Shown: in pieces, positions 44,861 through 57,624 of the stretch
How the letters are laid out: the number at the start of each line of letters is the position of its first letter
Numbering within the stretch: the first letter of the stretch is position 1
Assembly (NCBI GenBank): GCA_000002445.1
Contig: CM000207.1
Location: 2,656,001-2,720,000, forward strand
DNA: 64,000 nucleotides
Source of the DNA: Trypanosoma brucei
Lineage: Eukaryota
Direction: 5' to 3'
Position numbers and translations under genes: made by a program
Notes under the pieces: model-generated
What the model was told of the DNA's origin: nothing
Database searches by the model: none
What the model saw: the letters and a program-made list of their open reading frames with translations, nothing else

Positions 44861-45035
44861 AAGGGTTAGGGTTGCATTAAAAAAGAGCGGCTGCATCATT
44901 AAAAAAAAAAAGAGAGCTAAAGTCGCTACAGTTCACTGCTATTAAAAAAACTTATTAGTAGCAGGAGAAATAACCCTAACCCTAACCCTAACCCTAACTA
45001 ACCTAACTACCCCCCCCATTCCTACCTACCTACAA
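44861..45035 (-). repeat. Telomere-hexamer inverted pair unit: plus strand reads AAGGGTTAGGGTT, ~95-bp A-rich spacer, then (AACCCT)4 and TAACCTAACTACCCCCCC
   Basis: GGGTTAGGGTT at 44863-44873; TAACCCTAACCCTAACCCTAACCCTAAC at 44971-44998. The reverse complement of the right end (GGGGGGGTAGTTAGGTTAG(TTAGGG)4) matches GGGGGAGGTAGTTAGGTAGGA(TTAGGG)3 at 10423-10463. Confidence 0.75.
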
Positions 45036-45149
45036 AAATAAAAAAACAGGAAAGAAGAAAAAAAATTTTAGCTGTCAGAAAATATTTTTTTACAGAATCA
45101 CAAATTTTTACAAACTTTACAACAAACAAAAAAACTCGGCTGGTTTTAG

Positions 45150-45165
45150 GTGTTAAAATATATCA
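45150..45165 (-). promoter_or_regulatory. VSG 3'UTR 16-mer (reverse complement GTGTTAAAATATATCA on the plus strand)
   Basis: Exact reverse-complement match, downstream (on the minus strand) of VSG 45245-46796. Confidence 0.8.
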
Positions 45166-45244
45166 GAAAGTTTTCAAGTAGCAAGAAATTTTTTGCAAGG
45201 AAAATTTTAAAAAGAGGGGGGGAAACTTAAAAAAGCAAAAATGC

Positions 45245-46796
45245 AAGCAAAAGAGGGGCCTTTGTTACAGCAGAAATAACAACTGCTCCTTCCTTAACTT
45301 TGCACTCATTTTTTTCCTTATCCCAAGTGCATTTGTTTTTGTCATATTTACCCTCTTCAGTGGCTGTGCATTCATTCTTTTCTTTACTCCCGTCTTTCTT
45401 TTCTCCTTCTCTGTCAGTTTTGTCTTTTTTGGCGTCGTCTTCGGTTTTGTCTATTTTTTTTCTCGTGTTGCTTGTGTCTCTTCATAATTACGGATCGCTA
45501 ATGCTTTTTCATAGTCGGGGCTGTCGCTTAGTTCACTAATTTGTCTCCTCCACTGCTTTCCGATGCGCCAAAGTCAAGTTTCTGCGACTCGTAAGGCTTG
45601 ACAAATTTTTCGTCTGCAGTTTTCGATTCTTTCCCAAACAGTGACTCAGCTACCGCTTGTTTGTCCGCTGGCTTCGTGGTGCTGGTGGGCTTCCCTGTAA
45701 GAATCAAGTAAGCGATGTCCTGCACTTTCGCGTCCCCTGCGAGATCACTTACCTTCCTTTCAACAGGTCTGGCTTGTGTGCTTATTAGATGTTGTTGGGC
45801 TATACATATTGAGTGTGCTACGTGCTTGGTGCTAACGATATATTTTTTTTCGGGGGTTTCTTCCGGTTTGCAGTCCGTCTCGTCGTCTGGCCAGCCGACT
45901 ATGTGGTTTGTGGTCAGGGTGTATTCCGGCGTGTGCCGGGCAATCGAAAGAATCGCCAGGCCGTGGTCGATGTCGCTAAGGTTGTGGGCTGAGCCGCCGG
46001 CAGAGGTGCAACCTATGCCTCCTGCGGCCGCTGCTGCCATGCTGTCGATGCTGCCTATTGCCCCGATGTGTATTTTCATTTTGGCCAGAGCAAATTCGCT
46101 GTCGGAAACCGCTTTGTAGCTTTTTAGGTCGCCGATGTTCCCTGCAGCGGCTTCGATCTTGCTGTCAACGGAATCATCCTTTGGACACGCTTCGTCCGTT
46201 ACAGCCTTTGATGTTACTGTGGTTGTGCAGCCTCGGCTGCTGCCGCCCATCGCCGCTTGTTTGGTGGCATCCGGTTTTGCTTCGCTCATTGTCGGGTTTG
46301 TCGGTTGTTGAGCGAGCAGTGCTTTTAGCTGTGCGTTGCGCCTTGTTAGTACATCGACGGCTGTTTGTAGCTTCGGCTTTTTGGTGCCTATCTCGTTGTG
46401 AAGTTCTTTAATCGTTGCTTCCGTCAAAGCTGATAGAGTTAGCAGCGCCACCTTCGTCTTGGTGTCGCGGACTTTGCAGGCTAATAGCCTCAGTTTTCTT
46501 TGGTCTGCTGCTAAGTTTTTTAGAGACTGTTCGGCGCCGGTGATTAGGCTGGTATAAGTTGAGATCAGTTTGTCGTTGAATTTTTTTTCGTGGTAGGGCG
46601 TTGTTATATCGGTGTTGAAACTTGAGCCTTTCTTCGGTAGTGCGGCGCAGGTGTTGTATACGATGAGAGCTGTGCTTAGCATTGCTAGAATCGCCCCAAT
46701 TGTGTGACTGACGTTGATTGTGGAGTGCCGCTCCACGAGGCCGCTTATTTTGTGTGTCGCCAAAAAAGCAACCGGGGTTTTTTTGGTTGCATGCAT
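45245..46796 (-). pseudogene. VSG pseudogene: 422-aa N-terminal ORF with signal peptide; C-terminal domain and GPI signal in two other frames
   Basis: ORF 45528..46796 MHATKKTPVAFLATHKISGLVERHSTINVSHTIGAILAMLSTALIVYNTCAA... Reverse complement of 45245-45470 translates ...DGSKEKNECTATEEGKYDKNKCTWDKEKNECKVKEGAVVISAVTKAPLLLAFL. One shift is at the A8 run ~45465-45475. Confidence 0.85.
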
Positions 46797-47729
46797 TTGA
46801 AGTGGCTGTCGGGGATGTTTTCGTTAGAGACGGCTTTGCTGCGACCCTAGTGTTTCTCGCGTCTAGGCTTCTTGTCAAATAAGGAGTTGATAATTTTTTT
46901 GCTAAGAGATGTTTATCTACTCTGTGCTAGCTTCTGACGTCTGTTGATGATGTTTGTGAGCAAAAAAAGAAATTTAGTCCATAAATCACAACATTAAATT
47001 TTAATTCATGTCGTTGTATATCTAAATATATAACACTAAAAATATATTTCACCGTGTGCTACTAGTGTTTTCTAACTACTGGTGTGTGGATGCATCTTCA
47101 ACAATGATATAACTCTGATGCTTCTTTATTCCAAGTGGATTTGAGCATTTCCGCTGTGTTAACCTGTTTTTCCATCGGTATCTTCAGTGCCATGTTAGAA
47201 AATTGTGTTCTTTGACTCATTATTTTGCTTTGAAGTTGGCTTATGTTTTCTATCAATACCACGTCAGTGTGAATATTTATATGAATTATCCGTTTCTTGA
47301 ATGGAATAAACAGTTTGCCATTGTGTAAATAGAGGTGTCGAAACATCAATTGAAAATTTCTTTACTGTACAAAGCTTTTTTAGAGCTCTAATTGTCGGAT
47401 TTTATTGTTTTCTCGCTGGTTTACATTTGGAGTTTAGTGAGGAGTATCTCCTGTCTCTATCGTAGCGCAGAACGTAGGAGCTACCTTAGTTGGTCACTGT
47501 ACTCCGTCTCTTTATGATTCCTACCTCATTATTTATTGATACGATAGTTCTTGCTCCATTTCTGTGTTTGAAAGTCCGCATAATTCAGCCTCTGCCTGGG
47601 CTTTTATTAAAAATAAATATATGATCCATCTTCTCTATTCTTTCTCATTCACTTAATCTCATTAAACATTACCATTGTTGGAAGTTTTTCTATTTTTTGT
47701 GATATTTTTTCGCCATAATTTGCAAAAAA

Positions 47730-47800
47730 AACAACATACACTCACAATACTCACCTATCATTATTATCATTATTTTGTTACTCTATTACTAATATCAATA
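47730..47800 (-). repeat. 70-bp repeat (inverted)
   Basis: AACATACACTCACAATACTCACCTATCATTATTATCATTATTTTGTTACTCTATTACTAATATCAATAAAG. Confidence 0.7.
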
Positions 47801-47879
47801 AAGTAAACAAAGTAAACAAAATAAATAAAATAAGGAAAATAGTGAACTTTTTACAAACAATTTCCGCACTCATTTGCTT

Positions 47880-48480
47880 CGTCATATCCTTTTAATATAC
47901 GTTTTACTAACATTCTTAATTTTTATTGTTTCAAATTTTTAACAATTTTCACATTTTAATTAAAATGTGTCATAATTATTAAAATTTAGAAAAAGTTCAC
48001 AAAATTTTAAAAAGTCTCTCAGGCTAGGAAATTTCATAGTCTTGTTAAAAGTAAACAAAAACCTAAAAAAACTTAAAGAAGCAATGCCGCAAAGAAGCAA
48101 CCATCAGAGCAATTTGCTTATTTACAGTAAAATTAAAAACACGGCATTTAACTTTGTCCTTTTTATCCTCGTTATATTTCCCATTTCTCTATCCACAATG
48201 CTTTTTGCAATCCCTGTTTAATGCCTTACATTCCTGTTGTGTGGTGAGTTTGCTGCAGTGAGGTTTACTATCTTTTCCTCTTGCTTCTTGGTTTGCTTTT
48301 TCTAGTTTTTCTTTCACATCCTTGTTCAATATGCACTTTTTGCCTTCTTCGCTATCCTTGTTAAAAACGCATCCCTGGCATCTGCTCGCTTTTTGGCATA
48401 TTCTGCCAGCGACAGATCGGTCAGTCCCTCCTTAGCAGCTCCTCATAATAATTTCCTACTTCCAAATAACTCTCTTTTTA
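47880..48480 (-). pseudogene. VSG 3'-end fragment (minus strand): Cys-rich C-terminal domain plus degenerate GPI tail plus 3'UTR-like sequence; no N-terminal domain
   Basis: Reverse-strand translation of 48100-48480 gives ...CQGCVFNKDSEEGKKCILNKDVKEKLEK...KVKCRVFNFTVNKQIALMVASLRHCFF*-like sequence. AT-rich UTR at 47880-48100. Confidence 0.6.
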
Positions 48481-48686
48481 GATTATTTATCCGTTAAAAG
48501 CAAACAGGATCGGGAAAAGCCATAGGCGGCACGCTGCCGTTTTTTAAGAGAAAAAGAAAAGAAATTTGGTTCCGTTTCTATCACAAGAAGCAGAGCTGAA
48601 ACTCTCAAAAGTGTGAAAAGTGTAATTATGACAAATCGCTAGCGAGTTTGGTTCTTCAAATTTAAGCAAATATTTCTGCACTGTAA

Positions 48687-48800
48687 ATAAGGGTTAGGGT
48701 TCACGTAAAAAAGAGCTGCTGCATAACTAAAAAAAAGCTAAAGTTGCAACGCTTCACCACCAGTAAAAAACAAAAAAATTAAAAATTATAACCCTAACCC
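48687..48800 (-). repeat. Telomere-hexamer inverted pair unit (TAAGGGTTAGGGTT, ~85-bp A-rich spacer, ATAACCCTAACCC)
   Basis: Spacer has the shared core AAAAAAGAGCTGCTGCATAACTAAAAAAAAGCTAAAGTTGCAACGCTTCACCACCAGTAAAAAA, as in the unit at 44861. Confidence 0.7.
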
Positions 48801-48999
48801 GCAAGAGGCTAGCTCGATAACCTGCGAGGCTCGTGCCGCTGACCAATCAAAAGATTACAGTGGCCGCCAAAACAAAAATATCGAGGCCCAAAAGGAATGA
48901 AAAAAAAATTAAAATCATTAAAAAGTTTTAAAAATAGTGTTGAAAACGAAAAAGATGATAAACTAAATAAATTAAGTGGCGCCTCACGGCTGAGGTGCG

Positions 49000-49152
49000 A
49001 ATAAGGGTTAGTGTCATCGTAAAAAAAGCCGTTGCATTAATTAAAAAAAAACAAAAAATTATAATAAAGGGATAATCGGGCAATAAAAAAACAACTGATA
49101 AGAGGAGAAATAACCCTAACCTGAATAACCCTAATCCTAAGCCTAAGCCTAT
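49000..49152 (-). repeat. Telomere-hexamer inverted pair unit, more degenerate (AATAAGGGTTAGTG, spacer, AATAACCCTAACCTGAATAACCCTAATCCTAAGCCTAAGCCTA)
   Basis: Same spacer architecture (AAAAAAAGCCGTTGCATTAATTAAAAAAAAAC...). Hexamers partly mutated (CCTAAG, CCTGAA). A tandem second copy 200 bp from the unit at 48687. Confidence 0.65.
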
Positions 49153-49413
49153 CCATAAACTGAGCCCGGATAACCCTCCCTAGCCTCCATACCTAACTTT
49201 CCTAACCTCCTTTCTTCTTTTCTCCTCTCGTCTTACGCAGATTTATGCACAAAAAAATCAACAATAAAAAGGGGAATTTTTACTCATCAGAAGAAAAAAT
49301 TTACAGAATCACACATGCAGTCAGATTTTTTATAAAAACACACAATTTCCGGTGAACTTACGTGTTATAATATATAAAATTTCAGCAAAGGTAAATTGAG
49401 GGGAGAAATTTGT

Positions 49414-50973
49414 TTAGAAAAGCAAGGCCACAAAAGCAGAAATAATTAGAGCCAATTTTTTGTTGAGGAGAAAACTGGAATCACGGCAGTAAGGTTTTTC
49501 AAGTGTTCCTTTACCATCCTTATAAGTGATCCATCCGCAAACAGATTTTTTTCCATGGGGAGCTGTTTCTTGCACTGCCTCATATTTCTCTTTGCTTTCT
49601 ATGCCTTTACATTTTGAAGTTTGCTCTCCATCTCCTCCTGTATTGGTCTGAGCTGTACCTTTACTTTTATCTACTGTGCACTTTCCATCTTTTTCCGTTG
49701 TTCCTTTCCATTTGCAACAATTTTCTGTGCATGTTTTGTTTGCTTTATGGCCATCGCAGGTTGCTGATTTCTTGGCTTCCGACAAAGCACTTTTGGGTTG
49801 GTTTTCGAGTGGCTCGCCAGTAAATTGGCCCAGGGTTTGTGCGCTTCTCGCCCGCACGAGAAATTGGCTTAGAATAGCTGCTTCCTTTGCCATTTTTCGA
49901 CATCTTTGTCTCTTTCCCTGAGCTCAGTAATCGCAGCTTAAACTTGGACCAACCATGGTATCTGCTTGCCTGCCGCCGTGGATGTGCGTGTGAAGTACGT
50001 CGAGTAGTCAACGCACATTTTGTCCGCAGCGCCGTCGCAATTTGTGTCCGTGTCTTTGCCTAGGCTCGATGTGCCGCCTGCGGCGGTTGTGTGGCGTCCG
50101 ATCAGGTTTATTAGATTGCTGCTTGCGGTTCGTAGGCTGGTCGGCGTGACCGGTCCTGGGTTGACCTCAGCGCATTTCGCGAGCAAGGCTTGTAGTCCGC
50201 CGTCCGGTCCGTTGCCACTGGCCCAGTAGTTACTTAATTGCGCGTGTGTGCAGACTACGGTTTCCGTGACGGCTGAGCCGAGGCAAAGACAGGCCAGGTC
50301 TTTTTCTAGTGATTTGCCCGCATTTTTGGTTTTGCATGCGGTGCCATCCCTGTCTGCTGCGGCTAGAACTTGACGTTTGGGCCTTGAGCCATCTGCCTCT
50401 TTGGCTTCTGCTCCGTACAAGGCTCCTAGAAGGTAGTTCCTTGCCTTTATGGACCGAGTTTGAGCCACCGAACTATACGCTGTTGCGTATAGGTTGTAGT
50501 GGAAAAGCGCAGCGTCACCCAGCGGCTTAATTTCCAGTCTGCATAAGAGTGCTCCTTGTGCTCCTGTGGGCGGCTGGTTATCTTTAAGCCATTGTTTGTT
50601 GGCGTCGTTATCTATAATGCCTTTCTTTGCTGTCCGCCACGCCTCCCATCCGCTTGCCCAGTGGGTCTTGTAATCTTTACTTTCGTACTGCGCTTGGACG
50701 TCTTCCCAGGCCGCTCCTTCTACAGCTTCTTTGAATTTGTCTTTCCATTGCTGGTCTGCACGTCATGTTCAGTTTTTTGATTTCTGCCAAGTCAGCTGCG
50801 GCAGACGCTACTTCAATGACGGCTGGCGGTGCTTGTTTGGCTAGTTGTATGAGGTGGCATAGCGCGCGATATTCGACGGTATTTTCTCCAGCGCTTGTTG
50901 CCGCATCTGCTGCTGATCCAAGCAGCGTTATTAAGGACAAGCAGATAAAGAAAGGCCTTTTAATAGCTAGCAT
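49414..50973 (-). pseudogene. VSG pseudogene (frameshifted) with an intact C-terminal domain and GPI signal
   Basis: ORF 49414..49893 ...CGWITYKDGKGTLEKPYCRDSSFLLNKKLALIISAFVALLF*. ORFs 49938..50468 and 50677..50973 (signal peptide MLAIKRPFFICLSLITLLGSAADA) in other frames. Minus-strand 3'UTR at 49300-49414 with the variant 16-mer (plus strand GTGTTATAATATATAAA). Confidence 0.85.
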
Positions 50974-51229
50974 GGTCTTGCTTCTTTAGCTGGAAAAGGG
51001 GGAATAAATCGGTGTATTTCGTTTTTTTGTCCGTCCTCTGTTGTTATTTTCTTCAGCAGAAATGTTGAGTTAAGTTCGGTCGCTTTCGTCTTGGTTTGTA
51101 AATAGGAGTTTTAGGGACACCATAGGATAAATTGAACGTTTTGGATGGTCGTTCTCTTTAAGCGTTTGTGCTTTTACTTCTTAGTTTACTACAATTTGTG
51201 GCATCTAAAGTCTGCCCATGTGCTGTCGA

Positions 51230-52390
51230 CTATTTCAAGTTTGAATGGTAGGCAGGCAGCCTTATTTTTTCTTTTAGTTGGCTTCTCAACGGAATGTATC
51301 CATATGCGTTTACGTGGTGCAAAACAATAAGGTTAGGATTTTCTTCTACAAATTTCTCGAGTGGCCTTTTCACATGCATCACAAAATGACAATCTTTCAT
51401 ATCGACCGTCAAAAAGTCCTCAATTTTAAGTTTATTCTTTATAACTTCTCCAACAATAATATCTTCATTGAGTGCTCTAAAATCCATATATGTTTCCAAA
51501 TTTCTGAATTTAATCGTTAACTTTACTAATTTTTTCAAAGGTTTATAATCAACTATTTCCTTCACCACATCCCTGTATAGTGTGAACGCATAACCAATGG
51601 TATGCCATGTAATTTCATTACTAAATTCTTTATAATAACCAACAGCTCTCCCCATATTCAATTTCTCTTGTGGTAATATTTCAAGGTATTGCAAATACAT
51701 TGGCACCCTCATAAATATATCATCATCTGCTTTCATTATATAGGGATTAGCTGACTTGAATGTATAAACTGCAAATTTGAATCACAAATATGTTTTTCTA
51801 CTCATCGTGAGATCTTATTCCCAGCCCCAATTCCTCAACCCTCCAACTTTTTTATTTGCTGTTGGATTCACATCACAAACAGGTAAAATTATAATATCCT
51901 GGTATAACTCTGCATCTCCTTCAACAATTTCTCTGAGCTCGCAATTATTATTTGTATGAGGGGAATGAGCATATACTATAAGCAACTTCCCACTAAAATT
52001 ATTTGACTTACGTGCCAATTCATGGTAACTCTAACAAGTTTCCCTCTGTAGATTCCTTCTTCTGAATCTTTCATCATTATCTATGGAAGATATTCCAGAT
52101 ACAACAAAATAATCTTCAGTTTTCCAAATACTCATAACATCCTGCGAAACAAATCTCATATACTCATCTTCAACAATCTCCAGTGAAATGGATTCACCCT
52201 CACTAAACAAACTGTATAGTACACATATAAAATAATTACCATAGAAATAAAAGATAAACAACTCACTTTTGCATAGATACCTCCCATATGGTTTATAACT
52301 TCCTGTTTTCGTACTAATGAAAACTTTAAATATCTTATAATATCATTGTATAAAACAAAAGAGAGGAAGTTAGTTGCAGCATGATTCAAG
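51230..52390 (-). pseudogene. Glycosyltransferase pseudogene (GT31/beta-1,3-galactosyl/GlcNAc-transferase-like; trypanosome 'UDP-Gal/UDP-GlcNAc-dependent glycosyltransferase' family), frameshifted
   Basis: ORF 51230..51736 has the family's characteristic K-x-DDD-[IV]-F motif (MKADDDIFMRVPMYLQYL). Adjacent minus-strand ORFs 51815..52018, 52031..52261 and 52156..52389 continue the same gene in other frames. Confidence 0.6.
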
Positions 52391-52408
52391 TTTTATTGTT
52401 TAACAAGT

Positions 52409-52470
52409 TTGCATTTTTTACTTATGATATATATATATCGGCCTATATATATATATATATATACATATAT
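52409..52470. repeat. (TA)n / (ATAT)n microsatellite
   Basis: ATATATATATCGGCCTATATATATATATATATACATATATC. Similar (TA)13 runs at 14933-14959 and 23941-23968. Confidence 0.9.
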
Positions 52471-53149
52471 CTATTATTTATGGCCCCCACATGCTGGGTA
52501 TGGTGCCCAACTCCTGTTTTGTAGATTCATCCATAATGAAATTATGGCGCAGACGCTTTGTCGTGCGCATGGCATCGAGGCTACCCAGTGTATTTCAGGT
52601 TAAGTATCAGTCTTCATATGTTATTCACCAATGGCTGTCCTGAATACACTATTTCTTGTAGAGTTCATTTGTTTTCCCATATCAATACCGCGGTGTTGTG
52701 CATTCTTATGTGATCTATACATTCTTTAAATGTGCTCAATCTGTTGGCATTGAGCTATTAAGTTGGGAGAATAATAATTTTAAATTATCTGTATAAATTT
52801 TTTTGTTGGATTCCAGCAGTACTTGCTGATTCTGTTCACGGTTTTGCCATCTTTTGCTTGCATTGTAGTCAGTGGCCTCCTTTTGTTTGCCGCTGCGTAC
52901 AACATAGTAGCTACATCTGTCTTTCCATTGCTTTGGTTCTCTCAAGGAAGGAGTGCTGCATGTTGCTGCGTCTGAAAATCCTTCTGTGCTGCTATGGTTG
53001 AAAGCGCAATAAATCTATTGTCCTCTGTGAATTTTCTTTCAATAATCTTCTTGCTTTATTTTACTCGCTCTTTGTCACTCTCTTACTCACATGGTATTCT
53101 TGATATTGGTTTTAGATCTTGTGGTTTTCGGGTGTATTTAGTGCTTATC

Positions 53150-53240
53150 ACAGCCCTTATTATAATATTTGTATATACACACTCACTACACTTTCCTATC
53201 AATATCAATATAGTTGTAGCTATTATTGTAACCCTAACCG
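53150..53240 (-). repeat. 70-bp repeat (inverted), ending in a single AACCCTAACC hexamer pair
   Basis: CTTATTATAATATTTGTATATACACACTCACTACACTTTCCTATCAATATCAATATAGTTGTAGCTATTATTGTAACCCTAACCG. Confidence 0.7.
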
Positions 53241-53439
53241 TATTATATCCTTAACTAATATCGTACAAAAAATATTTAAAATTCGCATAGCACCCGTTTT
53301 TCAAACTCTTCTACCCTACGATTTTGCTCATATATTTTATAGTCATACACATTTTAATAAAGCTTAAACTTTTTCCAGATTTTTAAAATTTGCAAACTTT
53401 ACAAAAAAAAATGTTAAAAAATATAAAATATAGCAAATA

Positions 53440-55041
53440 TAGCAATTCTTTACAAATTTCGTAAATTTCAGAAAAATCCTTTGATAAATTTAATTACAGG
53501 GGCAAACATTCAACCAAAAGAGGTGCCTTTTTTTATTAGAACGGAATTTCTTCCTGTGGTGTTTGCTTTTTCATTACTCCCTACTTTCACGCCATTTTTG
53601 AGCTGGAACTTCCCGTCTTTGAATCCACATCCATCCTTTTCGTTGCATTGATTTTTGTCAGTTATTCCATCGTAGTTAGTTGTTTATGGTTCGGCGCCTG
53701 GTTTGGGGGTTGTTTCTCAGTTTGCGCCTGGATCTTTTCTTTGTCCAGTGCCGTTCTCTTGTAAGCAAACGGCAAGTACTGCCCCATACGCGTCGTTGTT
53801 TGCCAGGTCTTCGAGCGTTTTACCACCGTTGTTGTCTGCGGGGTCGTAGTCAAGTTTTTGGTTTTTTATTGGTTCGGTAAACTGAGTATGAACTTTTTTC
53901 GTACCCATCCCAAGTAAGTCTTTTACCGCCGCTGCTGCGGCTGCTGTGTTGACACCTTTTTCAGGTTTTCCTTTTAGCACTCCCAACGCTATAGCTTGCA
54001 TGTCTGCACCGCCTGAAAGATCGTCCAGTGTCTGTTCTCGTAGTAGCGTTTGGATTTTAATACTTATCACCCTTGTTGTGCATAGTGTATGTATTCGCTT
54101 TTGTGGCCGATCAATCTTGACAGTTTGGCGTCTGAGTCTTTTGTGCAGCCAGCGGCGCCACTGTCACCTTTGATGTAGGCCTTTTCGGTGTTGAGGGCTG
54201 TGTTTGCTTGATTGAAAGTACCGAGGGCCACGCCGGCGCTTATAGCTCTCGCTGTTCCTGCTGACCCAGATTGTCCGCAACCTTTTTTATCTGATGTTGA
54301 CGCCTGCATTGAACTCATTTTCCCTATCGCGATAACTTTCACCTGCTGTTGTTTTATGCTGAAGGCGGCGTCGGGCGTGGTTTTTATGGTTTTAGTGCCT
54401 TTTAGCGCTAGAGTGCCCTATTTTAGCGTCGCATCGACGGAGCGTTCCTGTTTTCAAAGTTCGGTTGTGTCAGGGGCGGCATCCGCGGTTATCGTGCAGC
54501 TGCGGCTCGATGCTATTGCTTCGTTGCCGTTGGTATTAGACCTTTTTGTAGTTGCTCCAGCCATTGCCACTTTTAGATTTTTTGCAAGCAGCACCTATAG
54601 CTGCCCTAGCCGGCACCTTAGTGTGGCAATTTTGTCCCGCAGCTGCTGACCGTACTCCTTAATTGATTGTATTTGCCTTGCAAGTCGAATTGTTGTGAGT
54701 GCTTCTATCGCGTGATGTTGATTTTTAGCCTTTTCTTCTTTTGTTTTACAGGCCGCGAGCGTATGCAATTTTATGTCACGCTGTAATTTAGTTTCCCTGC
54801 TCTTCGCTGCTCTGATTGTGGTTTCATAATTTCCTATTACATGCTCCAGATATTTATGCTCATGGCACGGCTGTGATATAGTTGTCTGGTCGGCGCTGTC
54901 AGTCACTTTGGTATGAGCTATTGCGATGGCTATTGCTACATCTGCTAGTAATTGAAGATACTGCTTTGTGTTGAGCAGCGTCATTGGTAGTTTTTCAAGC
55001 TGGATAGCCTCGGCTAAAGACGTAATAGAATAAAGAATCAA
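53440..55041 (-). pseudogene. VSG pseudogene (frameshifted); signal peptide, B-type-like N-terminal domain, C-terminal domain and GPI tail recognisable
   Basis: ORFs 54595..55041 (MILYSITSLAEA...), 54067..54342 and 53717..54070 in different frames. Reverse-strand 53480-53660 gives ...TDKNQCNEKDGCGFKDGKFQLKNGVKVGSNEKANTTGRNSVLIKKGTSFG and ...APLLVECLPL. Confidence 0.75.
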
Positions 55042-56586
55042 AGCTTGTGAGCGATTGGCTTGTTCGCACCAATGTTTATTACATGAAACAGTTCGGTGAT
55101 TTTCATTACAAAAACTGAAGATAGTTGAGATTGGCGTTTACCTTTCAATTTTTAATTCATGGGCATTTACAATACTCTAACGGATACAGCATTTTACCTA
55201 TAAAATTCACAATTATTCTCCACATTCTCCACGCTCCTACTGCCAACAGAAGTCATTAAAAGCCTCTACATATCGCAAACATCACTTTTTTCTTGGCCTG
55301 TGATTCTAATGCGCGTCAAATTCCGCCATCCATATGTGCTGCCAATAACAACACAGCGCCACCGCTTACTAGTGGCATTATTCCTATTTTGGATACCCTT
55401 TATAGCCTGGATTATTTTACAGCGCCTGTTACTCAGCGGCGGTAACCTTTGTGTCAATTATAATTTTATGCTCTTCTTATTTTTGCTTGATGCGCTGGGC
55501 TGACTGTTGAATAGCAAAAAAGTTTTATGAAATTTGTACTCTCCTTTAGTGCAGTTCATGTTTTGCCTCTATGTTAGTATGGAATTAGTGGAGTTGCAGA
55601 GCCAAGTCCCTCTACATAATGAAGCGTGTCCGATGGTTCATGCATGCACTATTTTAAACAGTTTCCGTGTGTCAACTCTTATATCACAATAACCTATAAC
55701 ATATTAGTACTCCTAGTTTTAAACAAATTCTCTCGATAACATTATAGCCACGGTCGCAAATGTTGGAATATTTAATATATCTTATAAGAAAAAGAGTTTG
55801 TCATTATTTTATAGTTATACAATCCCTTTGTGTTGCTTCTTTTGATTGATATTCATAGTTATATCAATTAACCATATCATTGTCGTTTCGGTTCACCTCC
55901 CTTTTCATTTATCCATTTGTAGTGATGCTCGAAGCATCGCTACATCCTCTTGCATCATTTCTTTTGTTGTGTGATGAAACGAAATCCTTTCTATTACTCT
56001 AAATTTCCTTTTCTCTTCCTTTCCTTCACTGCTACTGTTATCGCTCCGGATAACGTTGCGAAGACAACTAGAATGCACACTCGAATATGCCTCTTCCTTG
56101 TGTTTAATGATGACCATTATCATCTTAGTGTATGAAACTGAGTACATTCCATCTCCACCTATCTGTTGTTTGTATTTTTCTCAATAATTTTACTTATGCC
56201 GTCAATCACTCCATCTCATTTACATACAGTGAACTACTGCTATTGTCATAAGTGCTTGATTTTAGTTATTCCCTTCTAACTTCAACACCACTTTTATTAT
56301 ATGATGAATAAACACATTCACAATACGCTTCTATTATTATTGCAATGCTATTATAATTTTAAATAATGTCCACAAAGTAAACAAAATATACAAAAATTAG
56401 ACTACCAATTATTTTTCATACCCTATCACTGTACTAACAGATATCGAAAGAGCACATTAACGCTAAAAAATTTACTAATCTGAACATTTACGTGAAAGAG
56501 TGTTTAAAGTTTTCGAAATCTCTAAAAATAGAAAATTCTTTCAAAATAGCGAAATATCATAAAGTTCATAAAATTAAGTAATACAA

Positions 56587-56900
56587 TTAAAATTCCACAA
56601 ACATCATTAACGCAACAGCCATCAGAATAAATTTCTTATTGACGATAAAACTGGAAGAGTGGCATTTGAAACTCTTATCACCTCCACTGGCATCCTCTCT
56701 TATCCACCCACAAAATTTGTTCTTTCCAGATTGTTTTTGAACCGTCAGCCGCCTTACATTCCGTCTTTGTCTTAAAATCGGCACATGTCTTGCCATTCTT
56801 ATTTTTCCCATCATTCTCTCCTGCTTGGTTTGCTTGTTCCGCTGCCTTCCTCACTCAAGGTGCACTTTTTGCCATCGCCTACTTTGAGGTTAAAAACGCG
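56587..56900 (-). pseudogene. VSG 3'-end fragment: C-terminal domain with GPI signal
   Basis: ORF 56587..56814 ...NKFCGWIREDASGGDKSFKCHSSSFIVNKKFILMAVALMMFVEF*. A weak inverted 70-bp repeat at ~56290-56360 lies downstream on the minus strand. Confidence 0.65.
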
Positions 56901-57206
56901 ACCCCGGCAGCTGAGTGATTTCAGCCGCTGACGTGGTGGCGCCTGATTGAGCAACTACTGCTTAGCTGCTGATCGTGCTAATCGCTATCCACAAAATATT
57001 ATTAGATCTCTTAATTTCCTCTTTGAAAGCAAATTGTTTCGCACAGTGAAATCGCCACACGCCAGTATAAAATAGTAATAGTAATAATTTTGAAGCCGCG
57101 CGCACCGCAAAAAGTAAAGTTGAAATTCACAAGAGCATAATGAGCAAAAGCTTAACAAATCGATGCGAAGGTGGAGGGGGAAAATATGAAGGTAAATATG
57201 TCTTCT

Positions 57207-57340
57207 GGGTAAATAAGGGTCATATCACGCGTCAAAAAAAAAGAGCCAGTTCACACCTAAAGGAAAAAGCTCATGTCGTGATGCTTCACTGCTAGTAAAA
57301 AAAACCAAAATAAAAATAAAAAGTCATAACCCTAGCCCTC
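57207..57340 (-). repeat. Telomere-hexamer inverted pair unit, degenerate (GGGTAAATAAGGGTCAT, ~100-bp A-rich spacer, CATAACCCTAGCCC), followed by (CT)6
   Basis: Spacer core AAAAAAAAGAGCCAGTTCACACC...GCTTCACTGCTAGTAAAAAAAACC is homologous to the other units. It sits directly after the 3'UTR of VSG 57625-59181. Confidence 0.6.
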
Positions 57341-57561
57341 TCTCTCTCTCCTTCCTATCTATTCTCCTGCCTTCTTTGTGTTTACGGCGCTTGGGTTGGT
57401 GGACAAAAAATCAACAAAAAAAATTAAATTCTAAAATGCCAAAACCTTTTTGAAAAGAACCTGAAACCTAAAAATAAAAAAAGGAGAAAAGTTTTAGCCA
57501 TCATCAAAAAGATTACACGCTTAGGCAGAACGAAAAATTAATTATTTTCAGGGTAACTTAC

Positions 57562-57577
57562 GTGTTAAAATATATCA
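57562..57577 (-). promoter_or_regulatory. VSG 3'UTR 16-mer (plus strand GTGTTAAAATATATCA)
   Basis: Exact reverse-complement match. Confidence 0.8.
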
Positions 57578-57624
57578 AAATTTCAGCAAGAAAAATTGAT
57601 GGGGGAAAATTTAAAACAGCAAAC

